From: Ylistrum balloti | Lineage: Eukaryota | Direction: 5' to 3' | DNA: 64,000 nucleotides | Assembly (NCBI RefSeq): GCF_031769215.1 | Contig: NW_026782555.1 | Location: 806,001-870,000 of the forward strand | Shown: one piece after another, positions 1-12,774 of the stretch | Layout: each line of letters begins with the position of its first letter | Position numbering within the stretch: position 1 is the stretch's first letter | Program-made: the position numbers and the translations under genes | Notes under the pieces: model-generated | What the model was told of the DNA's origin: nothing | What the model saw: the letters and a program-made list of their open reading frames with translations, nothing else | The model's database searches: none

Positions 1-187
1 CAAAGGTTTATTACCTCCAGTGAAGATTTACAGGGAATGTTCAACTGACGAAAAGTAGGAAAGAACAAATATCCTGTTTACGTTCAGGCTCAAACGGTGT
101 GATTATTAGGCGAGTAGGGCTCCCGAAGATTATCACCATCCCAAACGAGTAAGGTAGTCATCTTACATATTACTTTTTGAACAGATA

Positions 188-459
188 TACTGTAAATCTC
201 TTAGATTTCGCGACTACTTTATTTCGCAAACTACTCTCTTCAGAGATGTTCCCGAATACATGAATTCGCGAACCATGATCTAGAAATGACTTGGAATTTG
301 CGAATGATAGAGTATTAGTATTAGTAACCGAATCAGAATGGATCTCATCAAGATTTATTTTCGTACAAATAATCGCGAGGGATTTGAATTCGCGATTGGC
401 GCTCCTGGCGTCATTGACGTGAAAATAAATCCCACTCGAAACATAAGTGATTTACAGCA
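188..459. mobile_element. MITE with ~21-bp imperfect TIRs (TA-CTGTAAATC...GATTTACAG), Tc1/mariner-type non-autonomous
   Basis: ctgtaaatctcttagatttcg (190-210) vs reverse complement of cgaaacataagtgatttacag (437-457) match at 18/21; TA on the left, CA on the right; no ORF. Confidence 0.7.
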
Positions 460-697
460 TTACATACACATTACCGAAAGATTACCCGTGTTAGTTATTA
501 AGAACGACTAATATGACGCGAAAATAAATCCCACTCGAAACATAAGTGATTTACAGCATTACATACACATTACCGAAAGATTACCCGTGTTAGTTATTAA
601 GAACGACTAATATGACGCGAAAATAAATCCCACTCGAAACATAAGTGATTTACAGCATTACATACACATTACCGAAAGATTACCCGTGTTAGTTATT
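421..697. repeat. 99-bp tandem repeat, ~2.8 near-identical copies, containing the MITE right end
   Basis: gaaaataaatcccactcgaaac recurs at 421, 520 and 619. Confidence 0.95.
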
Positions 698-2034
698 TAC
701 AACGACTGAGATGTTTATTGGAAGATTGAAGTATATGACGTTATGTTTATCAACCTAAAGTTTATTGTAAGGAATATTTAAACTTCAATGTTTTCTATTT
801 TACTTTTCTAATGTAATCGGTGTTAAGAAGTTGTGTCATTCTCATTAATTTTTTTTTTTTTGTCAGAAAATTTTCATACTACAACCTGGATCAAATGAGG
901 AATGTCACTACATGATAACTACTTTTGGGACAGCAAAAATACAATCCGTGGTCTTCAAATATAGGCTATCCTTATTTACAGCCTAGCAACGGTCATGACC
1001 TCAATATGGCGATGTCCATGGTTGTTTACATTTCCTGATTATCATGTGATAATTTCATCTCCTAATTATCATTTGATAATTAATTTTCTCTAATACCCTA
1101 CACAGAAATGAGAAGAGGCGCCAAACCTACACAAGAAAGAGAACTTTTAAACGAATTGAAAATGACATTTTGTTGACTGTTTATCATGTAAACGTTTGCA
1201 TAAGAAAAACAATTTCAATATTAGACTGAAAGACATGATATTTAGGAAATTTGTAACAAAGTTTGTGCTCACATTTCAATTTAATCATTATTATTAAATA
1301 AAGCTCTTATTTCATTTAACAAATAGAGCTTGCAGTCACGTGTCTCCAAAAGCCCGTGATCGGCTCGATAACTACATCAACTGATAGGTTTTAAGCGGTG
1401 AAGGAGCAGCTCCATTTCTGTTGTCTAGATATCTCCCGGATTTCTTTCTTCCTCACAAAGATCAAATTACAAGTTGTCGCCAATACGCAAGTCGTATTAT
1501 AGATAATTATTGCTGATTGTACTCTCATTTCGGGTCATTGTGATATGAGGGTTTATGTAAGCGATGGGAGAAGATTCGAGATGAATATTTGTCGTAATCT
1601 TTCTTGCGTCGATTATTGATAAATTACGAACGTGATTTATAATGACAAGTGTGTACTTTAAACGCTTGATACGTGCGCGGGTTACAAGGTACAAGTAGAA
1701 ATAGCGCTTGACTAGTCATTTTCTGACAATGCACAACATAATTCTGAGATATGTGTAAATTAATGTGGACAAAATGATTACAGAATGCTGTAATGAAATC
1801 AGTTACAATCGACTGTAATCATGCTTGCTGATAGAATGATCTCCCTTGTTATTCTTCCGGTGCTCTGTTGGCAAACAAAAAGTTATAACCTTTTCTTTCA
1901 AAGCTGATTTGCTATCTCGATTTTTTTCAAATACTTGACGCCGCTTGTCTTAGAGTGACTACTGACTACATGCTCACGACACCGCATCTCAAAGAGGCGA
2001 CCAATGAGAAGATAACACAGGTCGTGGTTCTGAA

Positions 2035-2425
2035 AGTGAAATATGAGTAGAGAGCATAGTACATAGTTTTACAGAGGTTGAAATATGAGTAGATAACACA
2101 GTACATACTTTTTACAGCGGTTGAAATATGAGTAGATGACACAGTACATAATTTTTACAGCGGTTGAAATATGAGTAGATAACACAGTACATACTTTTTA
2201 CAGCGGTTGAAATATGAGTAGATGACACAGTACATAATTTTACATAGGTTGAAATATGAGTAGATAACACAGTACATACTTTTTACAGCGGTTGAAATAT
2301 GAGTAGATAACAGTACATATTTTTTACATCGGTTGAAATATGAGTTGATAACACAGTACAAACTTTTTACAGAGGTTGAAATATGAGTAGATGACACAGT
2401 CCATAATGATACAGAGGTTGAAATA
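2035..2425. repeat. 43-bp minisatellite, ~9 copies
   Basis: Unit ~agcggttgaaatatgagtagataacacagtacatactttttac; aaatatg at 2081, 2124, 2167 etc. Confidence 0.95.
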
Positions 2426-3317
2426 CGTTAACAGTAGATAACACAGTGCGATGTTTTTCCCAATGTAAATCAATGTAAATGTTCATGAATTTGAAAGAGT
2501 TCCATTTTGATACGTTAACACTATTTGGCTTTCATGTTACTTCCTACAAGCAAATGTTGGTTATTTTACATGCAAATGATTGTAAAGGATTTCCTTACCA
2601 ACAGAATAGATGCATTTAGATATAGCTGTTACTGCTTTGAACAGTGCGGCCGCCCTAGGATGGACGAGATGGTAAGTATATATGACAGATGTCATTCTCG
2701 AGAGCGATCAGTGTGATATTGAAGTATCGCACGTCTAATTGTATCGTCGCGAGGCCGGCACGTGGAGCTCTACATTCAAGTACGTGACGTTGGCATGAGA
2801 AACACCAGCAACACCAATTGCGCCGAAGTCGTTTGATCAAACGAATTGCTGGTCTGAATATTACATTACTTGTTTGTATCTTAAGTGGACAAACATGTGT
2901 CTATCTGAAAGTTGTATTGACATTTCTTGGCAAACATCAATTTATGGTTTACGAAACAGGCCGTCAACACACGGTCATGTACAGGTTTATTTCCCCACTT
3001 ATTGAGTGTTTGCAGCGTTTAATAACATAACTACATGTTCTCCCTCTTAACAGACCGTCGCTAGAAGATTTGATTGTCACTGGGCATGATAAAATCAAAA
3101 ATAAAATTAGAATGGTCTCCGGTCCTAAATATGTTGCGTCGTGATTTGCTGCTGGCAGAGAAATCATTGCGCCATATGGTTTTGTTTCCATCAAATATAA
3201 AAGTTAATGTTAATTATAGATTGATACAAGTTCTACAATTTATTCAAGAAAATAGACGCTGCAATCTATGGAAGCACGTGGGGAAAGTAGAGGAAACTCT
3301 AGTCAGTTGGTTCCTTT

Positions 3318-3933
3318 TTAAGATAATCAACAGTTAAATTTCGTTATTTTTCCCCATGTTTTTGATTTCGGGCAAGCATTGCAATACTTAGAATTAGACT
3401 CTTCACAAAATTATACCACTCTCTGAGAGAATTTGATAAAGATTATCAGCTTCAAACTAACGCTGGCCGACACTCGCTGTTGTGTCTACCACCCATCGCT
3501 GTTTTGATAAGAGACAGCAGAGTTCATCAAGTGACCTTTCGGAACCTCGTTTTAACCTACCGTTTTTGTTATGATTTTTCACTATATTTGATTAGGTAAT
3601 TAGCCAAAACTTAACTTGCCAGCCACGTTTCAATTCTAACTTTGTAAACTGACCTCTTGTTTCACGCCATACGCGTGACAGACCGCAATGAATCTGAAAT
3701 AATCTGAATCTAAATTTGCATGCACAAAGACATTGTTTACACTCTCCGACGATCATGATATGAATAAATGTTGGGGTGCTCCTATTTTATTTTAATTTCT
3801 TGACGTTGCTAATAAAATGTTTATGCAAAGTTTATCATAATCATAAGAAAGTATACAAGTTTAACAGATATGTAATTGGTGTACTGGTTTCTATCAGTTA
3901 TTAAATAAATATCTAACCATTTAGTCTCTTTAA
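3318..3933 (-). mobile_element. TTAA-flanked non-autonomous DNA transposon (Kolobok-like), copy 1
   Basis: TTAA at 3318-3321 and 3930-3933; reverse complement aligns along its length to 17953-18640 (e.g. ggtagacacaacagcgagtgt, gtgtaaacaatgtctttg); purine termini after TTAA suggest Kolobok rather than piggyBac (inference). Confidence 0.6.
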
Positions 3934-4909
3934 GTTAGAAATAACAGAATATTTCATACAAGTGATATACATATAAATATATCATAACAATGATACTGCT
4001 TCATATCTCTTTTTCTCTCATTTCTAGCTGAGTAATACTGAAATGCCTATGGCAATACACCCAGGTTCCCTTTTTTTGTATTACACACCTATCCATGCAA
4101 TACAGACACGCACGCGTAGAAATGTGACGTGTCCCGCCCTAATATGGATGTCATCACCTGAGAGATTGTAGACATATTTGTGTACAAATATTTATATGCA
4201 GTGACTGCTTATAATTTGTTTTAATTTTCTAGATACGGAAGATTAATGTTCTATGTCAATCTGCCGATTAACTTCCTAATAAAAAAGATGGGTTTCGAGT
4301 AATATGGCGTCCTTTATAACTTGCATTGTCGACTGGCCCAACAAAATGCTTAGAGATTACTGTAAGAGAAGAAAAAATGAAGCTTGACCTTTGACTTTAG
4401 TTAATGTGAATATACTAAGGAGACAAAACCTAACGAACGACCTATGATGACTGCATACATGCATTTGCTAAGTTCTATAAGTCTACATACATACGAACTT
4501 TTTTACGGAGTGTTAAGTAACAGCAGACCGTATATCACTATCATAACTCAGAGATTTACTTAAAATCTCGATCATTAATGTGGTGTATTGATAATCCAAA
4601 TGTTCAACATGGTATACTTCGTGGTAAGCACACTGCTTACAAATGACTAAAAATTAACAGATAGCCCGTCTTGTAGGTGAAAGTCTATTCACGAATATAG
4701 TTAAACTAGTTCATAGTCAAAACCCTTCTACCTTACCAACAAAAAATAAACAAGATCATTTCAACATTTTACTGAGTTGTGATGATAAAAACTTTGATAC
4801 AAAGTGAAAAATGTAAGTAGTGTACAGTTCCCGATGTTCCGGAACACCCGCAAATTAAAGATAGCCTGTCCAGTCCTTGTTGATTACTTTAATAATACGA
4901 TAGCTCCAG

Positions 4910-5370
4910 ATCAAGTGTAGATCGGAAATATCGGATAAAATCCAATTTGCATATTTAAATTAATTTACGTAATCAAATACAATTAGTAAAACGGAGGTGA
5001 AGACCGAAATTTAATTTCACAATTTATGAAATATAGGACCCGATATTACTTCGCTGTGTAAAATCGCTGGTATTCTTAAAGTAGTGTATGTTGAAATGAA
5101 TAGAAAACAAAAGCATGTTTTCAACAAAAAGAAGCAAGGTGTAATTTTACTGGCAAGACTAGGTTGTCACACGAACAAAGCTCCCGAAAATTGTACACTC
5201 CTTGTCCCTATTTCTAATGGGTTTTTTTTATAAATGGGCCGTGATTAGCCCGTTACGATATGCAGAATTTGGATACACTCTTGTTCTTCCTTGTGGACTA
5301 ATGTTAACCTTGTCTTTATTCTTTCGTGTTTGGAAATAAATTTCCGTTGATTTGATTTAAACATAATTGT
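4910..5370 (+). repeat. Dispersed repeat copy A (unclassified), uninterrupted paralog of the MULE host repeat
   Basis: Reverse complement aligns with 7900-7986 joined to 10839-11280 (e.g. ttcggtcttcacctccgttt; cacaagga-N7-gagtgtat). Confidence 0.8.
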
Positions 5371-6029
5371 TGCCCCAAAATGGAGCAGGAGGATTAGGAT
5401 TAAAGTTATTTCAACTTATGACCGCCTTTTCCTCTAATACAATACATGATAATTTCCGTTATTTTCTGTGCACGAAGTTGAACTACGTGCGATATGTGAT
5501 TCTAACAGAATAATGTATTACGTTTATTGATCTTTAAATTAAACAGTGTAACTTGCATCCTGTTGATATATTTGATCTAGGGACACTAAGTATGAATGTC
5601 AGGGTTATGTCATTCAGACTGGTTTATATAGACATATTTAACTTCGAAAACTTGGCGATCATGACAGGTATTTGTTTTCGGCTAAAACACGTACATTTCT
5701 CGGATAGTGTTACAGTTAACAAAGATTTAGTTTTGAACAAAACGTTATAACGGATTTACAACAATCGTTTAATTTAAACATATTTTATTGCAAACGAATA
5801 TTTGCAAAATAACTGGACACATGTTTTCACAACTTAATAACTATACTTTCCTTCAAAATACATAAATATATTTGTTTTTCTTTAAATGTGTTTTTCTCTA
5901 TGTCTGAATAGTAAAAACATATACCTTATTTCAAATCATTACAGTTATCGTGTTGTTTAGAACTGTATCGTATATTACTATTGTGCTCGATTTACAGAAT
6001 CAGAAGTCCTTTTAACCGACCATCAGTCA

Positions 6030-6230
6030 AGCGACATCGCCCAGTCAGACTGTTTGATCACCAGGGCTGTTTGATATCCGGACTGTTTGAAAATCTGAAA
6101 TGTTCAACCATCTGGACTGTTTTATCACCAAGGATGTTTGACCATCAGGACTATTTGAACATCCGGGCTGTTTGACCATCAGGATTGTTTGAACATCCGG
6201 ACTATTTGAACATTTGGACTATTGACCAAT
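6030..6230. repeat. Degenerate ~17-bp minisatellite (ggactgtttgaccatca-like)
   Basis: Repeated ggac/gggctgtttga(c/a)catc motifs at ~17-bp spacing. Confidence 0.75.
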
Positions 6231-6455
6231 GATTAAGGTGAAGTAGAATCCATATGAAATGGTTCCTAAGCACAATTACTAACATATGTAATACTATTCT
6301 ACATAGTAAACAAACATTCTGAAGACGTCTGACAATTAGCAGCAATCATTAGTATATATACCCATTGGTGCAGTGGATAGCATGGTGATGTTTACATATT
6401 TTCTCGGTAATTGATTACAGTAAACACGTGTGTTACATCCTTCCAAAGTAAACTA

Positions 6456-6468
6456 CCACTAGAGGGCG
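6456..6468 (+). promoter_or_regulatory. CTCF-core-like motif CCACTAGAGGGCG
   Basis: Matches the bilaterian CTCF core consensus CCACYAGRGGGCG; sequence match only. Confidence 0.3.
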
Positions 6469-7986
6469 ATAGTTGTTTTCATCTCCAAGTCGAGAGTAAC
6501 CACCGGTCAGGAAGTTGGATCTAGTTCACCAGCTCAGTGACACAATACACAGTATCAGTAATAGACGTTTTCTGAATGTTGTCAAGGCGTGCCATCATAA
6601 CGTTTGTATTTACATTTTGATTTTGCGTCGTTATAATGAAAACACGTTAACTCCAATCACTTCCTTTCCACGTGATACAGTGGTGCATGACGGGAAATAC
6701 GAAAGAAATAGTGTTGAAAGATGCGAACGTTCTCTGCGATGTAATTTAAGTTTCTATCGGCTCACAACAACAAACAAAACAAATCATTACATAATATCCG
6801 AATTTCGGCAAATTAAAACTTGATAAATTGGACGGACAAAATATCCGGAATTAAATTAATTTTAGAGAAGTTATCTAATAAATCATAATGTAATTTTTGC
6901 TATTTATGCATTTCCATGTCTAAAACAGGAATAACACAATATGTCTATTGTAAATGTATTCACGATGAAAAATACAGGCACAATGCAGACTTGTTAAAAG
7001 CACGCGATTTGACAATATATTGACATCACCACCTTTTATGTCAGCTTTCTCATCATCAATTAAAAAATTAAAAGGAAGTTAAATTTCACAGTATTTCAGA
7101 ACATGTTCTTCAAGTTAGTAATTTAAATAGAATAGAAGTTTTTATTACACAACCAGTAGGATATTAGAGTGTGGCGTTTTGATGACTATATGGAGAAAAT
7201 TTCAAAATGCCTGAACCCAATAGCTTCAAAATCTGTTATTCATTGAGTTTTCAATGACGAAACTGTTTTATAAAACTACTTAGATATTCTCTCTACCTTT
7301 GTAAATTGAGATTAGGAAATAATCATTAACCTGTCGGAATTGGAAGTTAGTGAAACATGCCAAGGGAAGAACGCATCTGTCAAAAATACAATAAAAGAGA
7401 CATTGGTGATTAGTATCAATATACATGTATATTGAATTGTTCGGCTTTAGAAAATGAAAGAAGTTGCTTATCATCGAAAATAATAATTAAACATAGTGTG
7501 TTTTCGTTGAAAATATCCTGTCTTCTAAAAAAAAAGTATCTTTGCTAAAAAAAAGGTATGTACCTCATTAAGAAAATTAACCACGTGTGTTCCCCTGGGT
7601 AATTATAAGTTTAACAAAGTACATTACATCTATGATACATTCTTCCCTCTGTATAGTCACGCATGCGCACTGTATTTTTATCCTTCATATATATTGTACA
7701 TCTCTGTATACCATTTGTAAAGGTGTTGATATATAAATAAATGGAATTATATAAACAAGTCTGATTGACCCCGACATTCACAATAAGGGACCCTGGATCA
7801 CACAGTATATCGACAGTGTGCAATTAATGACAGTTAGTTAGAAATTAAATAAACGTATTAAAAGACCGACCTTTTTGGAATTAAACATTTCCCGTAGTTT
7901 CTTTCATGCACAAACAATAATAGAAATTCATTAATAAATACTATAAAATAACGACACGGTCAAGACGCGGTCACAAGGATCCCCTA

Positions 7987-10835
7987 GAGGGGTGTTCTCT
8001 GCATGCCCACATTTTTTTAACAATAGGAAGGAACAATGGGAAGGCAGTTATAGACTGTTTCATATAAGCTGTCTTTTTCACCTGTATATTTACCTGAGCT
8101 TTACCTGTGTTTTACACGGTATAGACATTGGCTAGATCTGGGTATAATTTATGAAAAATGGTAACATTTAAACAAAACATCATGAAATTACGAAAAATGG
8201 TTACATTTAAACAAAAATCATGAAATAACTTATTATTTTTAACATACAAGCAAAATTGGTAACTATACATTGTACAGCAAAAATATGAAAATGTTTAAAA
8301 TTAGACAAAATTCATGAAGTAACTTTAAGCTTACTATTTTTAACATGCATGCAACACTATACATGGACAGAAAAAAGACATTCGTTAGAAATAGTAACTA
8401 CATTGTACAGCATATGAAGACATTCTCTGAAAATAAGCAGTAACTAGATCAATATTAGACTAGACATATGTACAGAAGTCTGAAAGAAAAATTTAAAAAT
8501 TAAAAAAAAAACACAATTCAAAGAAAATAACCATGAACAGCACTAATGCATCAAATGTCTGTAGTCGAAGCCCTAATAAATAATATTATCATCCAAGATG
8601 AATAAGGTCCGAAGCAGCATCCGCATACTCCATTATGTCGATGTTTCCAGTTTCCAGTCTCTGTTTTAGGACAGCCAGGCGGAAGTCAATTCTTCTGTAC
8701 TTCCTGGAATGAGGTCGTTGGCTTCCTCCTGCTCGTCTCCGGACATTGTTGATTTCATTTGCTGCATCAATTTCCTTGAAGGTCTGGATAAGTGTGTAGA
8801 TGTTAGGATGCGCATGCTGGATCTTCTTCTTCAGTTTGGCATGCCAAGACTCTAAGTGGTTAGTTGTGCGGGGTCCCTCTGTGGCATAGTGATTCCATGT
8901 GGTCTGGTCTCTCTCAAACCACTGGTTGACAACGTAGTCGGTAAACGGGGTTGCGTCGATAGGCAGGTCAGCATCCTCCAAGTCATTCAGCGCGTTAAAC
9001 CAGACATCCTCTACCTGCTGCTGTGGAATGAGGGGAAGAACGGCTGCCCGACGGATCAGCTTCCGAATGTCTCCATTCTCCCTGTAGGCTGACTGCAGTC
9101 CTGTCAGCCTGTGCCTTGCGCCAAATACACTGGGTGTAATGGAAGAAGCATCCCTACATGACAATTCCCGGAAAAACACGTCGCATGGCGTTGTGGAAGG
9201 CAACTTCATAGTCGGCAAACGCAGTAGTTGGAGTCATTGGTAGGTCGCAGTCATTCATCGCTGTCTTCAGTAGGCTCAGGAAACGGATGTAGATCTCTTG
9301 GCTCTTTCCGGGGAGTAAGGCGTAAACCAAAGGAGTCATGGTTCCATCAACCTCTGCGTGGATGGTGTAGATTTGATGAAACAACGTCGGGCAGGTGTAG
9401 AAAGTTCCATCACAGTATATCTTATCCGAAGTAGCAAGGTCTGTCATATTCCCCAAGGTGGCGAAGGCAAGAATCCGGGCTTCATCTCCATCGTCAATCA
9501 GCAGAAAGTACTCTCCGGTCAGGGTCTCAGTCTATCGTCCATCAAGGTTAATGTCATTAGTGGTCATGGGGAGCTTTGGTGTCATCTTACGTCTGGCACT
9601 GTAGAGTGCTGATCTGGCTGAATTGAAAGTAGGGATCCGTTCCACAACGGCCCTTGTCTCGTCGTCCCATTCCTCATCTCGCAGCTTGGTTATCTCCTCC
9701 TGGTATATAGATGGTATTGGTCTGACTTCTCGTTGGCTTCGGTTCCTAACATAGGACATGATCTCCTTGGCGACGATGTTGGCATGGTTGGCAGGGTGGT
9801 TGTGGGAATTGTGTCCAAATCCTACCAGTATCCTGTTCCGGGTGTTTAGTGTGGCTGGGCAAGTAGAGATGGTACACCGCCAGTAGGTCCTGTAACAGAA
9901 AAAATAAACATGATAAATATATAAAATAAATATATGAATGTAGTTTATTTCTAAAGTTGAATATGAATAATACTTTTAAAATATAACTTATTTACCTTTC
10001 ACCACGATTGTTTTTAACCCTATAATGGTGACCATCATGTGCTAAGTTCTGACCACCCAGTCTGTTTTCAACAAACGTCAGGTTAATCTGAGCATTAGTC
10101 ATTCTACAAGTGAAGATGTGTTGGGGGAAAAATCAGATGCAATCAATAAAGAAAGTGAAATCTGAGTGAAAAATTATTTGAAAAGGCCTGGCTTTATACT
10201 ACCATGTACCAGCTTGGATACTCACCTCAAAGTTTCATGTAGCAGTTGTATCACTCCTTTCTATTGATGGTGAATACATACTCAAGGAGACAGCTTCCAT
10301 ACATGAAAGTGATCACGGTTCATAACGGGATAGTGAATATGTGATCAGAGTAGGTAATTAAAACAATACCTAGTCACTAGTAAGATTACTTTCAACTGCT
10401 CAAAATAAATAAGTTTGGATCATGGTTACTCACATATAATATTCACATAGAAACATAAATCTTAATACATCTCTGATCTGATATAGGCTTTATTATCATG
10501 CACATAAAATTAAACATTTTGTGTATTAAAGACAGATACAAAAATACAAAAATAAAATAAAAGTGTACATTTATCAAAGTATTGGACATTTTGTGTATTA
10601 CTACATAAAATAAATACATGTAATAAAAAGGAAAAAAAATATAGATAGATATAAAATTAAAGGTGGGTAAAGGCTATCAACTATACAATGTATATCAGAC
10701 TATCAGCTGATCATTTTACAGGTAAATTTACCTGTTGGCACTGAGATCCCATTTAAGAAAAAGACTCCAATCACTATCAACACAAAACTGCCCTGAGGGA
10801 CTTTCAAAATGTGGGCATTCAGAGATACACCCCTC
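7987..10835 (-). mobile_element. Full-length Mutator-superfamily (FLYWCH+MULE, Phantom-like) DNA transposon, 2,849 bp
   Basis: TIRs gaggggtgt-tctctgcatgcccacatttt (7987-8015) and aaaatgtgggcattcagagatacacccctc (10806-10835), with weaker similarity further in; CTA on both flanks (7984-7986, 10836-10838); internal transposase. Confidence 0.9.
8589..10102 (-). pseudogene. FLYWCH zinc finger + MULE DDE transposase, join(10102..9996, 9889..8589), ~468 aa after repair; two TAG stops and one +1 frameshift
   Basis: Exon 1 MTNAQINLTFVENRLGGQNLAHDGHHYRVKNNRGE, phase-2 GT-AG intron 9995-9890, then RTYWRCTISTC...HSHNH-type FLYWCH motif; catalytic CDGTF, ADYE, CFFH and TTNHLESWH motifs present; TAG at 9532-9534 and 9154-9156; extra G near 9110. 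Confidence 0.92.
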
Positions 10836-10838
10836 CTA

Positions 10839-11280
10839 GAGTGTATACAAACTCAGTAGACCGTGACGACCTTACCAGTCCATTTCGTAAAAAAAATATT
10901 AAGAAAGTAGATAAGGAGAACACTATTTTGGGGCGCTTTGTTCACGTGACAACCCAGACTTGCCAGGAAAATCACACTTGACTTCTGTTTGAAGACGTGT
11001 TCTGATCTTGCTTTTGTATTCTATATATACGACAGGAAAAATCTTAAACGCGGTGTTTAAAATCTATTCACTTCAAAATACACTTATTTACGAAAACCAG
11101 CGAAAATCAGACATTAAAATACCGTCGGGTATTACATTTTGTAAATTGTGAAAATAAACTTTCGGTCTTCACCTCCGTTTAACTGATTCTTTTTTATTAT
11201 GTTTACATAATATAGTTGTGTATCACAGTACAGGCAACGTTTATCGAACGTATGTAAAACAGATCCGCTACACTAGAACA
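10839..11280 (-). repeat. Dispersed repeat copy B (right part; left part at ~7900-7986), interrupted by the MULE
   Basis: Inverted homology to 4910-5370 continues collinearly across the MULE insertion site. Confidence 0.8.
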
Positions 11281-12128
11281 CAATAGTTTTAAAATCTCAC
11301 CATATTTCAGCTTTTTCGTGAAAATATTGCTACGCAGTTGGTAATTTTTAAACATGAATATCTCTCTATAGGTTGGTTTTATTCGTTGCATTGGATTTTA
11401 AGAGAAACAGCACCATGTATGCAAATGAGTGTGTACCTACACAGACGACTTTATGAAACACGTATAAGAAATACACCAAAGGGAGGATGGTGGGCGTGTC
11501 TTTCCCTAAAAAGGAGGACTTCAAACATATGTCCAAATTCGACAAGTCTAAATACGAAACTTGGATTTGTGTCGATATTTCCGGTCTAAGCTTGATCAGA
11601 AACTTTAGTTTCCGTCTGAGTGGAACATAGAGAAATACAGATTTTCACTTTTCATTATTGCAACACAGTGAAATATCAAAATGAACTTGTCTCTTTTTCA
11701 TTAAGTGATATTTCACTACCCAGTAATTATTATTTAATCCCAGGATAATCTGTTGTGACGATTTTACATAATTGATAGACATTTTTAAAACGCATACTAA
11801 AGGTGTCCCCCTACACTGAAATACAGGTTATCTGTCTTATGATATTTTACATACTATTACAGAATATAATCGCTGAAGATTAAATTTCCTAAATAAAAGA
11901 TCGTGTAATGTGTAGGAAGTGGAGTACAGGGTTTGATAATATGGAGACATCTGAATTTTTGCGATGTTGCGTAATTATTTATTAATGTACATCTGAAAAT
12001 CCTCCTTAAAATACTAGCCACATGTTTGTCATCTGTGGTTTCCTTTGTATAAGTTTTGCAAGGCATATTTGGAGGGAATTACATATGTGATGAAAGTTTT
12101 TTTTAAAAAATCACTCCATTGTGTGTGT

Positions 12129-12206
12129 CGTAACGGTAGCTCAGTGGTAAGCTCTCCGTTTTCGACTTTAAAGGTCCCTAGATCGAATGCCAACGGCCAT
12201 CCTTTT
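12129..12206 (+). mobile_element. tRNA-derived SINE head, copy 1 (abuts assembly gap)
   Basis: A-box-like tagctcagtggtaag and B-box-like gatcgaatgcc, then a T-run; arms do not pair as a functional tRNA. Confidence 0.6.
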
Positions 12207-12353
12207 NNNNNNNNNNNNNNNNNNNNNNNNNNNNNNNNNNNNNNNNNNNNNNNNNNNNNNNNNNNNNNNNNNNNNNNNNNNNNNNNNNNNNNNNNNNNNN
12301 NNNNNNNNNNNNNNNNNNNNNNNNNNNNNNNNNNNNNNNNNNNNNNNNNNNNN
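12207..12353. other. Assembly gap (147 N)
   Basis: Run of n characters. Confidence 1.
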
Positions 12354-12774
12354 GTGATAATGAATCTTTCACTATTCCAGCATAATTATTCATTGATGGA
12401 GTAAACGAACCACCTTTAAAATATATGTCACATGTCATCTGGTTTTGTTTAAGATGAGTTTGTAATTTTATTCATGAACGCGTTTTGTGATCCGAGAATT
12501 AAGCAACTAAACCAGCTATTGACTCTCTGACTGTTGAGGGTGTAATAAGTGACAGATTTTCCTATTAAGAAAATTTGCAGGCATCTAGCATTTTGAAATT
12601 GTACAGTTTAAATGTATTTCAATATCCGTGAATATGTTTACACAGGTGTAAAATGTCTGCTTTTTCCAATAGTTGTTGATTGTTGACCTTCAAAACGGTG
12701 TCGGTCGTTTTTTTTTGTGATATGTTACCTACCAAAGTATATGTAAATTTGTAGTCTTTACCAAGAAGGTTTCT

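Noticed and set aside
45-110. CTGACGA as a hammerhead core
   Set aside because: No stem II or correctly placed GAAA/UH.
9154-9534. Programmed readthrough or selenocysteine in the MULE transposase
   Set aside because: Both stops are TAG at positions where W and K are expected, and a frameshift is also present; simple decay or sequencing error is more likely.
12129-12206. Functional tRNA gene
   Set aside because: Acceptor, anticodon and T stems do not pair, and the B-box reads GATCGAATG rather than GTTCRANNC; treated as a SINE head.
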